From NCBI GenBank assembly GCA_013911165.1, contig JACETR010000001.1, positions 21,124 through 85,123 on the forward strand: a DNA stretch of 64,000 nucleotides, written 5' to 3'. Positions 27,539 to 38,572 of the stretch are shown here, in pieces. This stretch comes from Planctomycetota bacterium (GTDB lineage: Bacteria; Planctomycetota; UBA8108; UBA1146). The notes below the pieces were generated by a model. The model made no database searches. It saw only the letters and a program-made list of their open reading frames with translations, and was not told the DNA's origin. The translations under genes and the position numbers were made by a program. The first letter of the stretch is position 1; every line of letters begins with the position of its first letter.

Positions 27539-28397
27539 AGGGCCCGAGAAGGGCTTGCCCTGTGGCTCTTCCATCGATCCGGTGATCGAACTTCTGGAAG
27601 AAACCGGCGACGAACTCCTCGGTTTTCGTCAACAGCTTCTGGAAGAGGGCCTGACCATCGAAAAAAAAGGCTTTCGTGATCTGGTCACGGAAGCAGATCG
27701 CTCTGCAGAGTCGCGATTGATCGCCGGACTGAAAAGCCTGTTTCCTCAGGATTCCATCTACAGTGAAGAATCGGGAGAAGTGACCAGCGCCGGAGACCGT
27801 CGTTGGATCCTTGATCCTTTGGACGGAACGACGAATTTTGCCCATGGGCATCCTTTTTTTGCAATCTCCGCAGGACTTTGGGATCTGCAAGGACCCTTGG
27901 CTGCCGTGATTCATGCTCCGGTCTTGGCGGATACCTGGTGGGCGATTCGTGGCCAAGGGGCCTGGCATCATCCGGTTGCCGGTGGAGTGAATTCCCTTCA
28001 CGTCAAATCCCGATCAGAACTCTCTTCCGCATTGTTGGCGACCGGATTCAGTTACTCTCGAAAAGAGTTGGACTGCGGTGCGTTGCCAGTCTTCGAGGGT
28101 CTTCTTCGGGAAGCCCGAGAGATTCGTCGGGGAGGCAGCGCCTGTCTGGACCTGGCTCACACTGCGGCAGGTGTTTTCGATGCTTTTTGGGAGTTTCGAT
28201 TGGCTCCCCACGATGTCGCTGCAGGAGCCTTGTTGGTTTTGGAGGCGGGGGGAACAGTGACGGACGGATTCGGTGGTGAAGACTGGTTGCACGGCGGAAG
28301 TATCGTTGCCGGCGTCCCCGATTTGCAAAACGAGATCCTGTCCCGCGTCACCCCTGTCGCCAAAAAACTGATCGTTAAAGGCGAATCGGATCAATGA
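27516..28397 (+). CDS. suhB: inositol monophosphatase family protein (SuhB-like)
   Basis: 'SEESGE', '[15 protein letters not shown]' and '[15 protein letters not shown]'. The start is uncertain; the 5' end overlaps ddl. Confidence 0.85.
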   Translation: MEGRVVDKGPEKGLPCGSSIDPVIELLEETGDELLGFRQQLLEEGLTIEKKGFRDLVTEADRSAESRLIAGLKSLFPQDSIYSEESGEVTSAGDRRWILDPLDGTTNFAHGHPFFAISAGLWDLQGPLAAVIHAPVLADTWWAIRGQGAWHHPVAGGVNSLHVKSRSELSSALLATGFSYSRKELDCGALPVFEGLLREAREIRRGGSACLDLAHTAAGVFDAFWEFRLAPHDVAAGALLVLEAGGTVTDGFGGEDWLHGGSIVAGVPDLQNEILSRVTPVAKKLIVKGESDQ

Positions 28398-31300
28398 AAA
28401 AGAACACGGGTCGGCCCCTTGTTGTCAAAGGGGCTCGCGAAAACAACCTGCAGAATCTCGACGTGGAGATCCCCCGGGAAAGACTGGTGGTTGTTACCGG
28501 TGTCAGTGGTTCAGGCAAGTCCACTCTGGCGCATCAGATTATTTGCCGCGAGGGACAACGTCGTTTTGTTGAGAGCCTGAGTCCTTATGCCCGCCAGTAT
28601 CTGGGTCGGATGGATCGCCCTCAGGTTGAAATGGTTGAAGGGCTTAGCCCGACCATTGCCATCGATCAAAAGACGATTTCCCGAAATCCCCGATCGACGG
28701 TGGGGACCATCACGGAAATTCTCGATCTCATGCGCTTGTTGTATGCCCGGCTGGGAACTCCCCATTGTCCGAGCTGTGGTGGACTGATCGAAGGTCGCAG
28801 TCGTGAGCAAATCGTTCTTCATGCATGGCATCACCATGCCGGTGAACAGGTCACGGTGTGCGCCCCGATCGTGTTGGAGCGCAAGGGGGAGTACCGCAAG
28901 GAACTGGACGATCTGCGTGAGCAGGGTTTCCAGAGAGTTCGTGTCGATGGTGAGATTCTCCACCTTTCGGATGAGATCGTCCTTGCGAGATACGAGCGCC
29001 ACACCATTGAAATTGTTCTCGATCGAATGAAGTTGATCGATGGCAAAAGGGGTCGATTCGCCGAGGCGGTGGAAAAAGCACTCGCTCTGGGAGACGGATT
29101 GGTTGATCTGGTGATCGGAGATGAGGGGCACCTCTTCTCCAGTCGATTTGGATGCCATGAGTGTTCCGTCACGATCCCTGAATTGGAGCCGCGCCTCTTT
29201 TCATTCAACAGCCCTCTAGGTGCGTGTGAGCGTTGCGACGGTTTGGGGCGGAGACGCTCTCCCTCTTTCACCAGTGTGGTTCGCGATGCGGATCTGTCCA
29301 TCGAGGAGGGGGCTCTTCAAACAAGAAAACAGGGCAAGGCGATTCGCGGTCTGGGTATCCCCTGGAAAGTTTTGGATGAAGCTCTCAAAGCTGGAAAAGT
29401 AGACCCCACCAAGCCTTGGAAAAAACTGACGGACAGGGCTCGCAGATTTGTGCTGGAGGGATCTGCAGCAGTGAGGTCCAAGGCAGACTGGCCCGGGCTT
29501 TTCCACTTGGCCGAGGTTTCCTACGATTTGCATGGCGGTCGTGAACTGGAGCGCTGGATGCCTTACGCCCCTTGCAAGGGTTGTGATGGTTCCCGACTTC
29601 AGCCTGCAGCACGATCAGTGAGATTCCATGAGGCGGGAATCGATGAGGTTTCCGCGATGACTGTCGAGGAAGCGCAGGGCTTTTTCGACTCCCTCGAATT
29701 GGATGCCCGGGAATTGCTGATTGGTCAGTCCATCTTCCCGGAGATTCGAGCCCGATTGGAGTTTCTGAAGAAAGTTGGATTGGGCTATCTGGCCATCGAT
29801 CGTTCCGCAGACACACTTTCAGGAGGAGAGGCGCAGCGGATTCGCTTGGCCAGCCAATTGGGAAGCGGCTTGCGAGGGGTGCTCTATGTTCTCGACGAGC
29901 CTTCCATCGGACTGCACGCCTCGGACAACAGCACCATGCTGGAGATGCTCAGGGGCTTGCGTGACAAGGGCAATTCCCTGCTGGTCGTGGAGCATGATCG
30001 TGAGACCATCGAATCTGCAGATCATGTGGTGGATATCGGTCCTGGCGCTGGAATTCATGGTGGTGTGCTGACCGGAGAAGGTTCGGTTACCCAGCTGAAA
30101 AAAAGCCCCGATTCCATCACGGGTCATTATCTGAGTGGCAAAGCGGAAATCCCGGTTCCAAAGGAGCGCCGCCTGTCGGATGAGAGTCTCTTCATCCGGG
30201 GTGCTCGAATGCACAACCTGAAAAACATCGATGTTGAGATCCCGCTCCAGTCTCTGGTCGTGGTTACCGGAGTCAGTGGCTCCGGCAAGAGCACATTGAT
30301 TCAGGGGATACTTCAACCCGCAGTCTCAGAGCATCTGGAACTTTTGACAGAGGCTCCCGGAGATCATGATTCGGTCGACGGCCTTGAGAACATCGACAAG
30401 CTGATCCGTATTGATCAAAGTCCTATCGGCAGGACTCCCCGATCAAATCCGGGAACCTACACCAAAGTTTTCGACGATATTCGTGAACTGTTTTCGAAAA
30501 CACCGGAAGCTCGTGCCCGCGGTTGGAAGAAGGGCCGGTTCTCCTTCAACGTCAAGGGAGGGCGCTGCGAAGCTTGTGAAGGCGCAGGAGTGACCACCAT
30601 TGGCATGCAGTTCATGGCGGACATTCAGGTGGTCTGCGATGAATGCCATGGAACCCGGTTCAACGAAGAGACACGAACTGTGCGTTGGCGGGGGCATGAC
30701 ATCGCTGAAGTCTTGGCCTTGTCCATCGACGATGCGACCAAGCTCTTTGAAGATGTACCGCAGGTTTTCAATACGTTGGAAACATTGCAGAAGGTGGGGC
30801 TTGGATATGTTTCCCTCGGGCAGCCGAGCACGACCCTTTCCGGTGGTGAAGCCCAGAGAGTCAAGTTGGCCACGGAACTTCGCAAGCGCAGCACGGGTAA
30901 TACCCTGTATATCCTCGATGAACCGACGACGGGGCTTCACTTTGCGGATGTGGAAAACCTTCTGGCCTGTTTGCATGCGCTGGTGGATCGAGGCAACTCG
31001 GTCATCGTCATCGAGCATTGCATGGATGTCATCAAGCAGGCCGATCACGTCATCGATCTGGGGCCCTTCGGTGGAGGGGGTGGTGGTGAGATCGTCTGTT
31101 GTGGAACCCCGGAAGAGATCGCTGATTCAGGAGGTCTGACCGGCGAGGCTTTGCTTCCTGAGTTGCATGGAAACCGCAAGTCTTCTCAACGAAAGGGAAA
31201 GAAGCGGGGTTCGGGAAAGGGTGAGCCCAGCGACCGTTTCGTGATTGAGGGAGCCCGTCAGAACAATCTGAAAGATGTACGGCTGGAAATACCTGCGGGC

Positions 31301-34108
31301 AAGATGACCGTGATCACTGGTCCCAGTGGTTCTGGCAAGAGCACCTTGGCCTTTGACATTCTGTTTTCGGAGGGGCAAAGGAGATATCTGGAGAGCCTGT
31401 CGACTTATGCCCGGAGATTCCTGGGCAGAATGGACCGGGCCAATGTGGATCGCGTGGAGGGGATTGCACCGGCGGTGGCCATCGACCAACGAAATCGGGG
31501 AAGCAACCCCCGCTCAACGGTCGCAACCACCACTGAAATCTACGACTATCTGCGCATCTTTTTTGCGAGGGCCGGGAGTGCCCACTGTACTCATTGCGAG
31601 GCTCCCTTGTCCGAGGCGACTCCGGCTGGGGCCAGCAAAACCATCATGGAGCTTCGCGGAAATGAGCCAACACTTCTTCTTGCTCCACTCAAGAAACCTT
31701 TTCCGGATCTGGAATCTCTTCAACGGGAAGGATTCGCCCGCCTCAGACTGGATGGCGGCAGGGTCCTGAGGATCGACGAGCTGGATGAGTCCTTTGACGC
31801 GGATTCTCTCGAGCAGTTGGACGTGGTCATCGATCGGGTCAAACCTGAAAGGTCCGGCAGGGCCCGGGTTTCAGAAAGTGTCGAGGAGTGTTACCGGCGA
31901 GGGGGTGATCGCATCGTGGTGGCCAATGCAGAGGGTGAAGAGGTTCTGCGTTTCACGCGGCATCTTTCCTGTCCTCAAGGTCACATGATGCTGGGCCAGG
32001 AACTCACTCCGCGACTCTTCTCCTTTAATCATCACTCGGGAGCATGCGGACATTGCTCGGGTCTTGGAATCCTGAAGCAAGTGGATCCCCGCCTGTTGAT
32101 CACAGATCCGGATCAGCCCCTCTTCAATGGAGCGATGGATCATCGTCTGGGATCCTGGATCGGTCGCCGGAGTTCCCGGGTTCGCAAAGTCATCGATGCC
32201 GCACTGATCGCCCATGGATTTGACCCGGACGACCCGGTCAGTGTATTGGGCCAAGAGGGTTGGAATATTATTTTGCATGGCACCGGTGAGCAGTCGTATC
32301 CGGTGACCTTCCGTACCCGCCGAGGTTCAGGCAGACTCCGGAGAGTGACCGGCTCGACCTGGGAAGGCTTGATTCGCCGGGTATCGATTTGGCATCAACG
32401 CGCGGGTTCTCCCCGTTGGCGCAGGGCCATTGAAGATCATTTGGCTATCAGGCCATGCCCCGACTGCCATGGAGGACGTCTCAAACCCGAGTTATTGGCG
32501 GTCAAAATCGGCGGGCTCAACATCTCTGAGGTGTGTGCACTAACGGTTTCCGAAGGATTGAAATTTTTCGAATCATTGAAGCTGGATGGTCATCGCCGCG
32601 AAGTCGCTGAGCAAATCCATCGTGAAGTGGCAAGCAGGCTGGGATTTCTTGAGAGGGTGGGGCTTGGATATCTAGCCCTCGACAGGGCGACCGAATCTCT
32701 TTCTGGGGGAGAAGCGCAGAGAATTCGATTGGCGACGCAGATCGGTAACCAGCTGGTGGGTGTGCTCTATGTTCTTGACGAACCCACGATTGGATTGCAT
32801 CCGAGGGATGTGGACCGGTTGCTCGATTCGCTGGTCTCTCTGAAGGATCAAGGGAATACCCTGGTCGTTGTTGAGCATGACGAAAAAACGATGGATCGTG
32901 CGGATCACATCGTGGACATGGGGCCCGGTGCCGGAGTCGGCGGTGGAGAAGTGGTCGCTGAGGGGACCCCCACTGCCATTCGCAAGAATCGCAAGTCGTT
33001 GACCGGAGCATTTCTGTCGGGGAAAGAACAGGTGCATGAGATCAATGAACGGCGATCTCCCAACGGCGATGCTTTGACGATTGTGGGAGCCAAGGCCAAC
33101 AACCTGAAAGATTTGACGGTTCATATTCCGACAGGTGTCCTCACCTGTGTCACGGGTGTTTCCGGTTCAGGGAAGTCCTCCCTGATCATGGACATTCTTT
33201 CCCGGGAATTGGCTACCCGCCTTGCCGGCGCTCGTCCCGCCAGTGCGGAGCATGAACGAATTGAGGGGGTAGACCAGTTTGACGGTCTCGGTGTCATCGA
33301 TCAGCAGCCCCTTGGACGGACTCCTTCATCGAATGCTGCCACCTACACCGGATTGATGGCTCCGCTGCGCGGTTTGTATGCGAAAACACCTCTCGCCCGC
33401 CTGCGGGGTTGGGGGCCGGGACGCTTCTCTTTCAATGTTGCCGGTGGTCGTTGTGAAAGCTGTGAAGGCAAGGGAGGAGTGCTGATCGAGATGCACTTCC
33501 TCAGCGACGTCTGGGTTCGCTGTGACGATTGCCATGGAAAACGGTACGAGCCTGAGACTCTGGAGGTTCGCTGGAAAGGTCACAGCATCGCTGACGTTTT
33601 GGAGATGGATGTGCGTATGGCGCGCCAGGTATTTCAGGACGTTCCAGCGGTGGCGACGATGTTGACAGCGCTGGAGGAGGTCGGGCTCGGTTATCTTTCC
33701 CTGGGCCAATCTGCAACCACCCTCTCAGGGGGAGAAGCACAAAGGGTCAAGCTTGCATCTGAATTGGGGCGCAGGTCGCGGGGCACTAAAGTCTACATTC
33801 TGGATGAACCCACGACGGGTCTCCACTTTGGTGATGTTCGCCTGCTGGTGCAAATGTTGCACCGACTGGTTGACCGGGGAGACACCGTGATCGTCATCGA
33901 ACACGACATGGATCTGGTGGCCAGTGCGGATCATGTGATCGATATGGGGCCGGAAGGTGGTGACAGTGGGGGTGGCATCGTGGTCGCAGGCACACCGGAA
34001 GAGGTGGCGGCATGCAAAAAGAGTTTTACCGGTGCTGCCTTGAAAAAGGTTTTGGCGGCAACGTCCGCAAGTTTACGCAAGTCTGGTCGGAAAAAGTCAG
34101 CCGGTTGA
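28394..34108 (+). CDS. uvrA: tandem-duplicated excinuclease ABC subunit A (UvrA-UvrA fusion, 1,904 aa)
   Basis: A single uninterrupted ORF. It carries four Walker A loops (GVSGSGKST x2, [18 protein letters not shown]), four 'LSGGEAQR' signatures and four '(L/V)Y(V/I)LDEP..GLH' Walker B motifs. UvrA zinc-module Cys clusters appear twice. A basic linker lies around nt 31160-31231. ATGA overlap with the preceding gene. Confidence 0.92.
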   Translation: MKKNTGRPLVVKGARENNLQNLDVEIPRERLVVVTGVSGSGKSTLAHQIICREGQRRFVESLSPYARQYLGRMDRPQVEMVEGLSPTIAIDQKTISRNPRSTVGTITEILDLMRLLYARLGTPHCPSCGGLIEGRSREQIVLHAWHHHAGEQVTVCAPIVLERKGEYRKELDDLREQGFQRVRVDGEILHLSDEIVLARYERHTIEIVLDRMKLIDGKRGRFAEAVEKALALGDGLVDLVIGDEGHLFSSRFGCHECSVTIPELEPRLFSFNSPLGACERCDGLGRRRSPSFTSVVRDADLSIEEGALQTRKQGKAIRGLGIPWKVLDEALKAGKVDPTKPWKKLTDRARRFVLEGSAAVRSKADWPGLFHLAEVSYDLHGGRELERWMPYAPCKGCDGSRLQPAARSVRFHEAGIDEVSAMTVEEAQGFFDSLELDARELLIGQSIFPEIRARLEFLKKVGLGYLAIDRSADTLSGGEAQRIRLASQLGSGLRGVLYVLDEPSIGLHASDNSTMLEMLRGLRDKGNSLLVVEHDRETIESADHVVDIGPGAGIHGGVLTGEGSVTQLKKSPDSITGHYLSGKAEIPVPKERRLSDESLFIRGARMHNLKNIDVEIPLQSLVVVTGVSGSGKSTLIQGILQPAVSEHLELLTEAPGDHDSVDGLENIDKLIRIDQSPIGRTPRSNPGTYTKVFDDIRELFSKTPEARARGWKKGRFSFNVKGGRCEACEGAGVTTIGMQFMADIQVVCDECHGTRFNEETRTVRWRGHDIAEVLALSIDDATKLFEDVPQVFNTLETLQKVGLGYVSLGQPSTTLSGGEAQRVKLATELRKRSTGNTLYILDEPTTGLHFADVENLLACLHALVDRGNSVIVIEHCMDVIKQADHVIDLGPFGGGGGGEIVCCGTPEEIADSGGLTGEALLPELHGNRKSSQRKGKKRGSGKGEPSDRFVIEGARQNNLKDVRLEIPAGKMTVITGPSGSGKSTLAFDILFSEGQRRYLESLSTYARRFLGRMDRANVDRVEGIAPAVAIDQRNRGSNPRSTVATTTEIYDYLRIFFARAGSAHCTHCEAPLSEATPAGASKTIMELRGNEPTLLLAPLKKPFPDLESLQREGFARLRLDGGRVLRIDELDESFDADSLEQLDVVIDRVKPERSGRARVSESVEECYRRGGDRIVVANAEGEEVLRFTRHLSCPQGHMMLGQELTPRLFSFNHHSGACGHCSGLGILKQVDPRLLITDPDQPLFNGAMDHRLGSWIGRRSSRVRKVIDAALIAHGFDPDDPVSVLGQEGWNIILHGTGEQSYPVTFRTRRGSGRLRRVTGSTWEGLIRRVSIWHQRAGSPRWRRAIEDHLAIRPCPDCHGGRLKPELLAVKIGGLNISEVCALTVSEGLKFFESLKLDGHRREVAEQIHREVASRLGFLERVGLGYLALDRATESLSGGEAQRIRLATQIGNQLVGVLYVLDEPTIGLHPRDVDRLLDSLVSLKDQGNTLVVVEHDEKTMDRADHIVDMGPGAGVGGGEVVAEGTPTAIRKNRKSLTGAFLSGKEQVHEINERRSPNGDALTIVGAKANNLKDLTVHIPTGVLTCVTGVSGSGKSSLIMDILSRELATRLAGARPASAEHERIEGVDQFDGLGVIDQQPLGRTPSSNAATYTGLMAPLRGLYAKTPLARLRGWGPGRFSFNVAGGRCESCEGKGGVLIEMHFLSDVWVRCDDCHGKRYEPETLEVRWKGHSIADVLEMDVRMARQVFQDVPAVATMLTALEEVGLGYLSLGQSATTLSGGEAQRVKLASELGRRSRGTKVYILDEPTTGLHFGDVRLLVQMLHRLVDRGDTVIVIEHDMDLVASADHVIDMGPEGGDSGGGIVVAGTPEEVAACKKSFTGAALKKVLAATSASLRKSGRKKSAG

Positions 34109-34528
34109 TCCTGGAAACAAGTTCTCCCACCAGACGCGGTGCTCCTCTGGAGCGACTTTCAGCAGTGATGATTTAGCCATGTAGCGATAGACGGGAGCGG
34201 TTTCCATGTGGGGGCCTGCGAGGACCAGTATCGCTGCTCGGGCATTGTAGCGGACCCAGCGGTCTTCATCGTTGAGCAGGGGAAAGAGCAAGGGGACAGT
34301 CGAGCGATCACCACCCTGTTGGATCATGTGGATCGTCTGGGTTCTCATGACCGCGTTTTCCGAGAGCAGTCCGGGCCAGCGCCCTCCACCATCGCTGACT
34401 TGAGGTCCGGGTGTCTGACAACCGGAAAAGGACGCGATGAGAGTGGAAGCAACAAGAAGACGGAAGCACCATTGCTTCAGGGAGGTATAGCCGAAGAAGG
34501 ACAGGGGGTGGTAAATGGCTGATTTCAT
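34097..34528 (-). CDS. small lipoprotein, HEAT/armadillo-like repeat, unknown function
   Basis: 143 aa, with a signal peptide and lipobox 'SFSGC'. 'LLNDEDRWVRYNAARAIL'-type helical repeat. Its 3' end overlaps the uvrA 3' end by 12 nt (convergent). Confidence 0.5.
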   Translation of the reverse strand: MKSAIYHPLSFFGYTSLKQWCFRLLVASTLIASFSGCQTPGPQVSDGGGRWPGLLSENAVMRTQTIHMIQQGGDRSTVPLLFPLLNDEDRWVRYNARAAILVLAGPHMETAPVYRYMAKSSLLKVAPEEHRVWWENLFPGSTG

Positions 34529-34636
34529 GTCCTGCTTCTATCCCAAATCCACCTTGGCGGTCAAGTCCAGTCGGGTGGTTGCCTCCTTCGTCGGGTGATA
34601 CCCTGAGCATCCTGTGCCAATCCAAACACGCAGAAA

Positions 34637-35716
34637 TTGAGGCCATATTTGCGACCCCTGATTTGCGACCATTTGATCATTGGGGCTGGATCCACCGGTT
34701 TGGCGGTGGCGGATCACCTCCTGCGCAGGGAAGCTGGCTCCGTCATTTTGGTCGACAGCCAAGAGACTCCACAGGCAAGGCTTGGCGAGAGCCGAGTTCC
34801 TCTCCTTTTTCCATCCATCAATAAATCAGAATCGACTCAACTGCAGAATCATGCCCGCAGGGGTCTGGAGTTGTATGAGGGCTGGTCCAGTTGGCTCGAA
34901 AAAGACCCCGGGTTTCGCCAGTGTGGAGCTCTGGTAGTCGACGAAGCGATCGCTGAGCAGATGGAAGCTCTGGCTGTGCAGGAAATGCAACGCCGTTGGT
35001 CGGGTTTGGGCGATTGGTCCGGAGTTGCAGGGTTTGACCCACAGAGTGGAATCGTCGACGGTCAGGAAGTTCTCGGAGCCTTACTTTGGAGATTGCGCAA
35101 ATTTGGCGGCCGATTTTATGGTGGCAATACCCTTCAACTTCTCGAGGAGCAGGAGGACGGGGTCCAGTTTGTAACTTCCAGGCGGGAGGGCTTTGCGGGC
35201 AAGGTTTATCTATGTCATGGAGCCGCAGCACCTTTTCTGATGAAAGATCTGGGTGTTCGTCATCGACAGAATGTCGAAACACGCTGTGAATTTACACTGG
35301 GTCTGTCGGGGGACCTTCCGCCCCTGATTCATTGGCCCGACGAAAAAGCAACGCTCTATGCCACGGAGCTCGGAGCGGTTGAACTTCATCTCTCGACCGG
35401 AGCTGGAGAGCTTTTGCCCGGCGGGAACCTTGCCACGGCTGAAGTGGCCTGGAAACGTCTGGGTCAATTTCGCGAGACTTGGGATTCCCGAATTCCCGGA
35501 TTGTCGGAAGCGGTGATCCGCAAGGCCCGTGCTCGTCATCGTCGTGTCTGTGATTCGGCATCTCTGGAGGTGGTCTCTTCCGCCTACGGCCACATCTTCA
35601 TGCCCGCCGCTGCCGGTGAATTTCAGGATCTGTTATTCCCGGCATTGGCAGAAGTTCTGGTCGAGCAGGCTCTGTCAGGCGCGACTGGAGGTTTGCTGGA
35701 AGATCTGGGGGGCTGA
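34637..35716 (+). CDS. FAD-dependent oxidoreductase (DAO/glycine-oxidase-like family)
   Basis: N-terminal Rossmann dinucleotide motif 'LIIGAGSTGLAVADHL'; 359 aa. TTG start, exact position uncertain. Confidence 0.7.
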   Translation: MRPYLRPLICDHLIIGAGSTGLAVADHLLRREAGSVILVDSQETPQARLGESRVPLLFPSINKSESTQLQNHARRGLELYEGWSSWLEKDPGFRQCGALVVDEAIAEQMEALAVQEMQRRWSGLGDWSGVAGFDPQSGIVDGQEVLGALLWRLRKFGGRFYGGNTLQLLEEQEDGVQFVTSRREGFAGKVYLCHGAAAPFLMKDLGVRHRQNVETRCEFTLGLSGDLPPLIHWPDEKATLYATELGAVELHLSTGAGELLPGGNLATAEVAWKRLGQFRETWDSRIPGLSEAVIRKARARHRRVCDSASLEVVSSAYGHIFMPAAAGEFQDLLFPALAEVLVEQALSGATGGLLEDLGG

Positions 35717-35719
35717 TCG

Positions 35720-36616
35720 GTGAGTAGTGATTCGAACTCTCCCCTTTTTTGGTGTGATGGAGTGGCTCAGATCCTCGACCAGGCGACCTTGCCCCTGCAT
35801 CATCCTGCTGTGCTCTATGGTGAAAGTGCCTTTGAAACGTTTCGGGTGATCGACGAGACGCCTTTATATCTTAATGCTCATTTGAAGCGTCTTTACGAAA
35901 CGGTGGCCGGATTGGGACTTGGAGATTTGCCCCGAATTTGTGATGTTGAGGGCGAGGTTCGCGAGGCACTGGGCACCCTTCCCAAGGTCGATCATGGCTG
36001 GCGCATCCGCATGACTTTGGTCAGCGATCGGGTCAGCCTGATGGGCCTGAATGGGGGAGACGCTCCAATTCAACGCTGGTTGATGGCTGTCCCTCTTCCC
36101 GATCCTGTTGAGCTTTCTCAGCCATTGCGAGTCTGTTTTTCGACGTACCGCAAGATCCCGCCGTCCTCCTTATCGCCTGCCTTGAAGCATGGAAATTATC
36201 TCTCTTCATTATTGTCTTTAAGGGAGGCGCAGAAAAATGGCTACGACGATGCCATTTTGCTCACCGAATCCGGGGTGGTGACCGAAGCTACTGCCTCTAA
36301 TTTGTATTGGATTAAAAATGAGCAATTGTTGACCTGTGCTTCCGAACTGGTTTTCCCCGGGCTGACCCGCCGCAGGGTTCAGGAATATGCCCGAGAGAAC
36401 GGAATGACAGTGGCGGAAGGTTACTTTTCCACAGAGGATCTGCTGAATGCGGACGAGGTGTTTGTGACCTCTTCGATTCGTGGTGTGGTTCCACTGGTTG
36501 CCGTGGAGCAGACCCCTTTTGATGGGGGGGATCCGGATTCCATCAGCCGCAAGATTGCATCGGGGCTCAGGGATATGGACCTTCAGGAAGTGGCCCGTAG
36601 AGGAGAAGCATCATGA
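35720..36616 (+). CDS. class IV (fold type IV) aminotransferase, branched-chain amino-acid aminotransferase-like
   Basis: 'LKHGNYLSSLLSLREAQKNGYDDAILL' contains the catalytic Lys in an IlvE-like context. 'ASNLYWI' and 'FPGLTRR' are also present. GTG start. Confidence 0.8.
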   Translation: MSSDSNSPLFWCDGVAQILDQATLPLHHPAVLYGESAFETFRVIDETPLYLNAHLKRLYETVAGLGLGDLPRICDVEGEVREALGTLPKVDHGWRIRMTLVSDRVSLMGLNGGDAPIQRWLMAVPLPDPVELSQPLRVCFSTYRKIPPSSLSPALKHGNYLSSLLSLREAQKNGYDDAILLTESGVVTEATASNLYWIKNEQLLTCASELVFPGLTRRRVQEYARENGMTVAEGYFSTEDLLNADEVFVTSSIRGVVPLVAVEQTPFDGGDPDSISRKIASGLRDMDLQEVARRGEAS

Positions 36617-38571
36617 AGCCGATCTGGTCTCCAAGTTCAGATGTGATTGAGAGCAGTCAGATTGCTCGCTGGATGGAAGTGTTGGGGAGACCTTTGGATC
36701 CGCAACAACCGGAAGTGGCGGTTTCGCAACTGATCGAATGGAGCCAGAACGAGCCGGAAGCATTTTGGGACGGCTTGATGAAGGATCTGGGTGTGGTCTG
36801 GTCGACTCCCTATGAACAGGTTCTGGACCTGTCCAAGGGGCCTGAATGGGCTAACTGGTTTGTCAGTGGGAGAACCAATCTTGCCCTGAATTGCGTGGAT
36901 CTACCTGCAACGGAAACTCCTGATCGGCTGGCCCTGATCGGGGAAGAGGAGGACGGCACCGTCAGGCGCTGGACCTTTGCCGAGATCGCCGATGAGGTCG
37001 ACCGTTGGGCAGCCGCTCTGCGTCACCGGGGGATCCAACCGGGCGACCGGGTAGGTTGCCTGATGCCGATGGTGGCAGAAGTGGCCATCGCCATGCTGGC
37101 AACGATGAAAGTCGGGGCGGTCTTCATCCCTATCTTCAGTGGGTATGCGGCTCCTTCCGTGAGAGAACGCCTGGAGGATGCGGGTGCGAAGTGTCTGTTT
37201 ACGGCAGATCTTGGATACCGCCGTGGGACCTCCTTCGATTTGAAAAGCCATGCAGATGAAGCGGTTGAGGGATTGAAGGATCTCGAGACGGTCTTTGTTC
37301 TTCAGCGGGGTGATGGATCTGCATCAATGCAATCGGGGAGAGACGTCTGGTGGAATGAGATCCCTGAGAGTGATGAAGGGGACACTTCGACCCAGATGAT
37401 GGGGGCGATGGATCCCTGCCTGATGATCTACACCAGCGGAACGACCGGAAAGCCGAAGGGAACCATTCATACTCACGCAGGCTGTATGGCTCAAATGGGT
37501 AAAGAGTTGCGTTTCAATTTTGATGTTGGTCGAGACGATGACCTCTTCTGGTGGTTCACTGATATCGGCTGGATGATGGGTCCATGGGAGATCATTGGCT
37601 GTTGGCTCAACCGGACCCCTTTCCTGGTTTGTGAAGGAGCACCCGATTATCCGGGCCCCGATCGGCTGTGGGAAATGATCGATCGCCATAAGGTCAGCCA
37701 TTTGGGTATCAGTCCGACCGCCATCCGTTTGCTGATGAGATCGGGGCTCGATCCGCTGAAGGATAAAGAGCTTACTTCCTTGAGAATCCTGGGCAGTACC
37801 GGTGAGCCGTGGGATCCTGAAAGTTACCGCTGGTTTCATGAAAATGTCGGCCGCAGTCGCCTGCCCATCATCAATATTTCCGGTGGAACCGATATTGTTG
37901 GATGTTTTCTAGCACCTTTGCCTGTATTGCCGATCACGGAGACTTCTTTGCAGTCCGCTGGATTGGGAATGAACATTGACGTCTTCAACGATGCGGGAGA
38001 GTCCGTGGAGGAAGAGGTCGGGTATCTGGTGTGTAAATCTCCCGCCCCGTCGATGACCCGTTCGCTATGGAAAGCGGATGGGAAGTATATCGAAACTTAC
38101 TGGAGCCGCTTCCCTGGGATCTGGAATCATGGGGACTGGGCCCGCCGGGATCGGGATGGTCAGTGGTATCTCTTTGGCAGGGCCGATGACACTCTCAACA
38201 TTGCTGGACGAAGAGTGGGGCCGGGAGAGGTGGAGTCTGCACTGATTGATCACGATGCGGTCAGTGAGGCCGCTGCCATCGGTGTTCCTGACGACCTGAA
38301 AGGAACCGAACTGGTCTGTTTTGTGGTCCTGCATTCAGGCCAAGAGGAAACGGACGACCTGCGGAATGAATTGAAAGCTCAGGTGGTCGAAGCTCTGGGT
38401 AAGGTGGATCGGCCGCGCTCCGTCTTTTTCGTCGACGACTTGCCAAAAACACGCAGTGCAAAAATCGTCCGACGATTGATCCGTGCCCGTCATCTCGGGG
38501 AAAAGGATCTCGGTGACCTGACCAGTGTTGCCAATCCGGAAGCTCTGGAAGGTATCGCCCTTTGCCGGTGA
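36613..38571 (+). CDS. AMP-forming acetyl/acyl-CoA synthetase family protein
   Basis: 652 aa. 'MIYTSGTTGKPKG', 'GDWARRDRDGQWYLFGRADDTLNIAGRRVGPGEVE' and 'LPKTRSAKIVRR'. ATGA overlap with the aminotransferase gene. Confidence 0.88.
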   Translation: MKPIWSPSSDVIESSQIARWMEVLGRPLDPQQPEVAVSQLIEWSQNEPEAFWDGLMKDLGVVWSTPYEQVLDLSKGPEWANWFVSGRTNLALNCVDLPATETPDRLALIGEEEDGTVRRWTFAEIADEVDRWAAALRHRGIQPGDRVGCLMPMVAEVAIAMLATMKVGAVFIPIFSGYAAPSVRERLEDAGAKCLFTADLGYRRGTSFDLKSHADEAVEGLKDLETVFVLQRGDGSASMQSGRDVWWNEIPESDEGDTSTQMMGAMDPCLMIYTSGTTGKPKGTIHTHAGCMAQMGKELRFNFDVGRDDDLFWWFTDIGWMMGPWEIIGCWLNRTPFLVCEGAPDYPGPDRLWEMIDRHKVSHLGISPTAIRLLMRSGLDPLKDKELTSLRILGSTGEPWDPESYRWFHENVGRSRLPIINISGGTDIVGCFLAPLPVLPITETSLQSAGLGMNIDVFNDAGESVEEEVGYLVCKSPAPSMTRSLWKADGKYIETYWSRFPGIWNHGDWARRDRDGQWYLFGRADDTLNIAGRRVGPGEVESALIDHDAVSEAAAIGVPDDLKGTELVCFVVLHSGQEETDDLRNELKAQVVEALGKVDRPRSVFFVDDLPKTRSAKIVRRLIRARHLGEKDLGDLTSVANPEALEGIALCR

Positions 38572-38572
38572 T

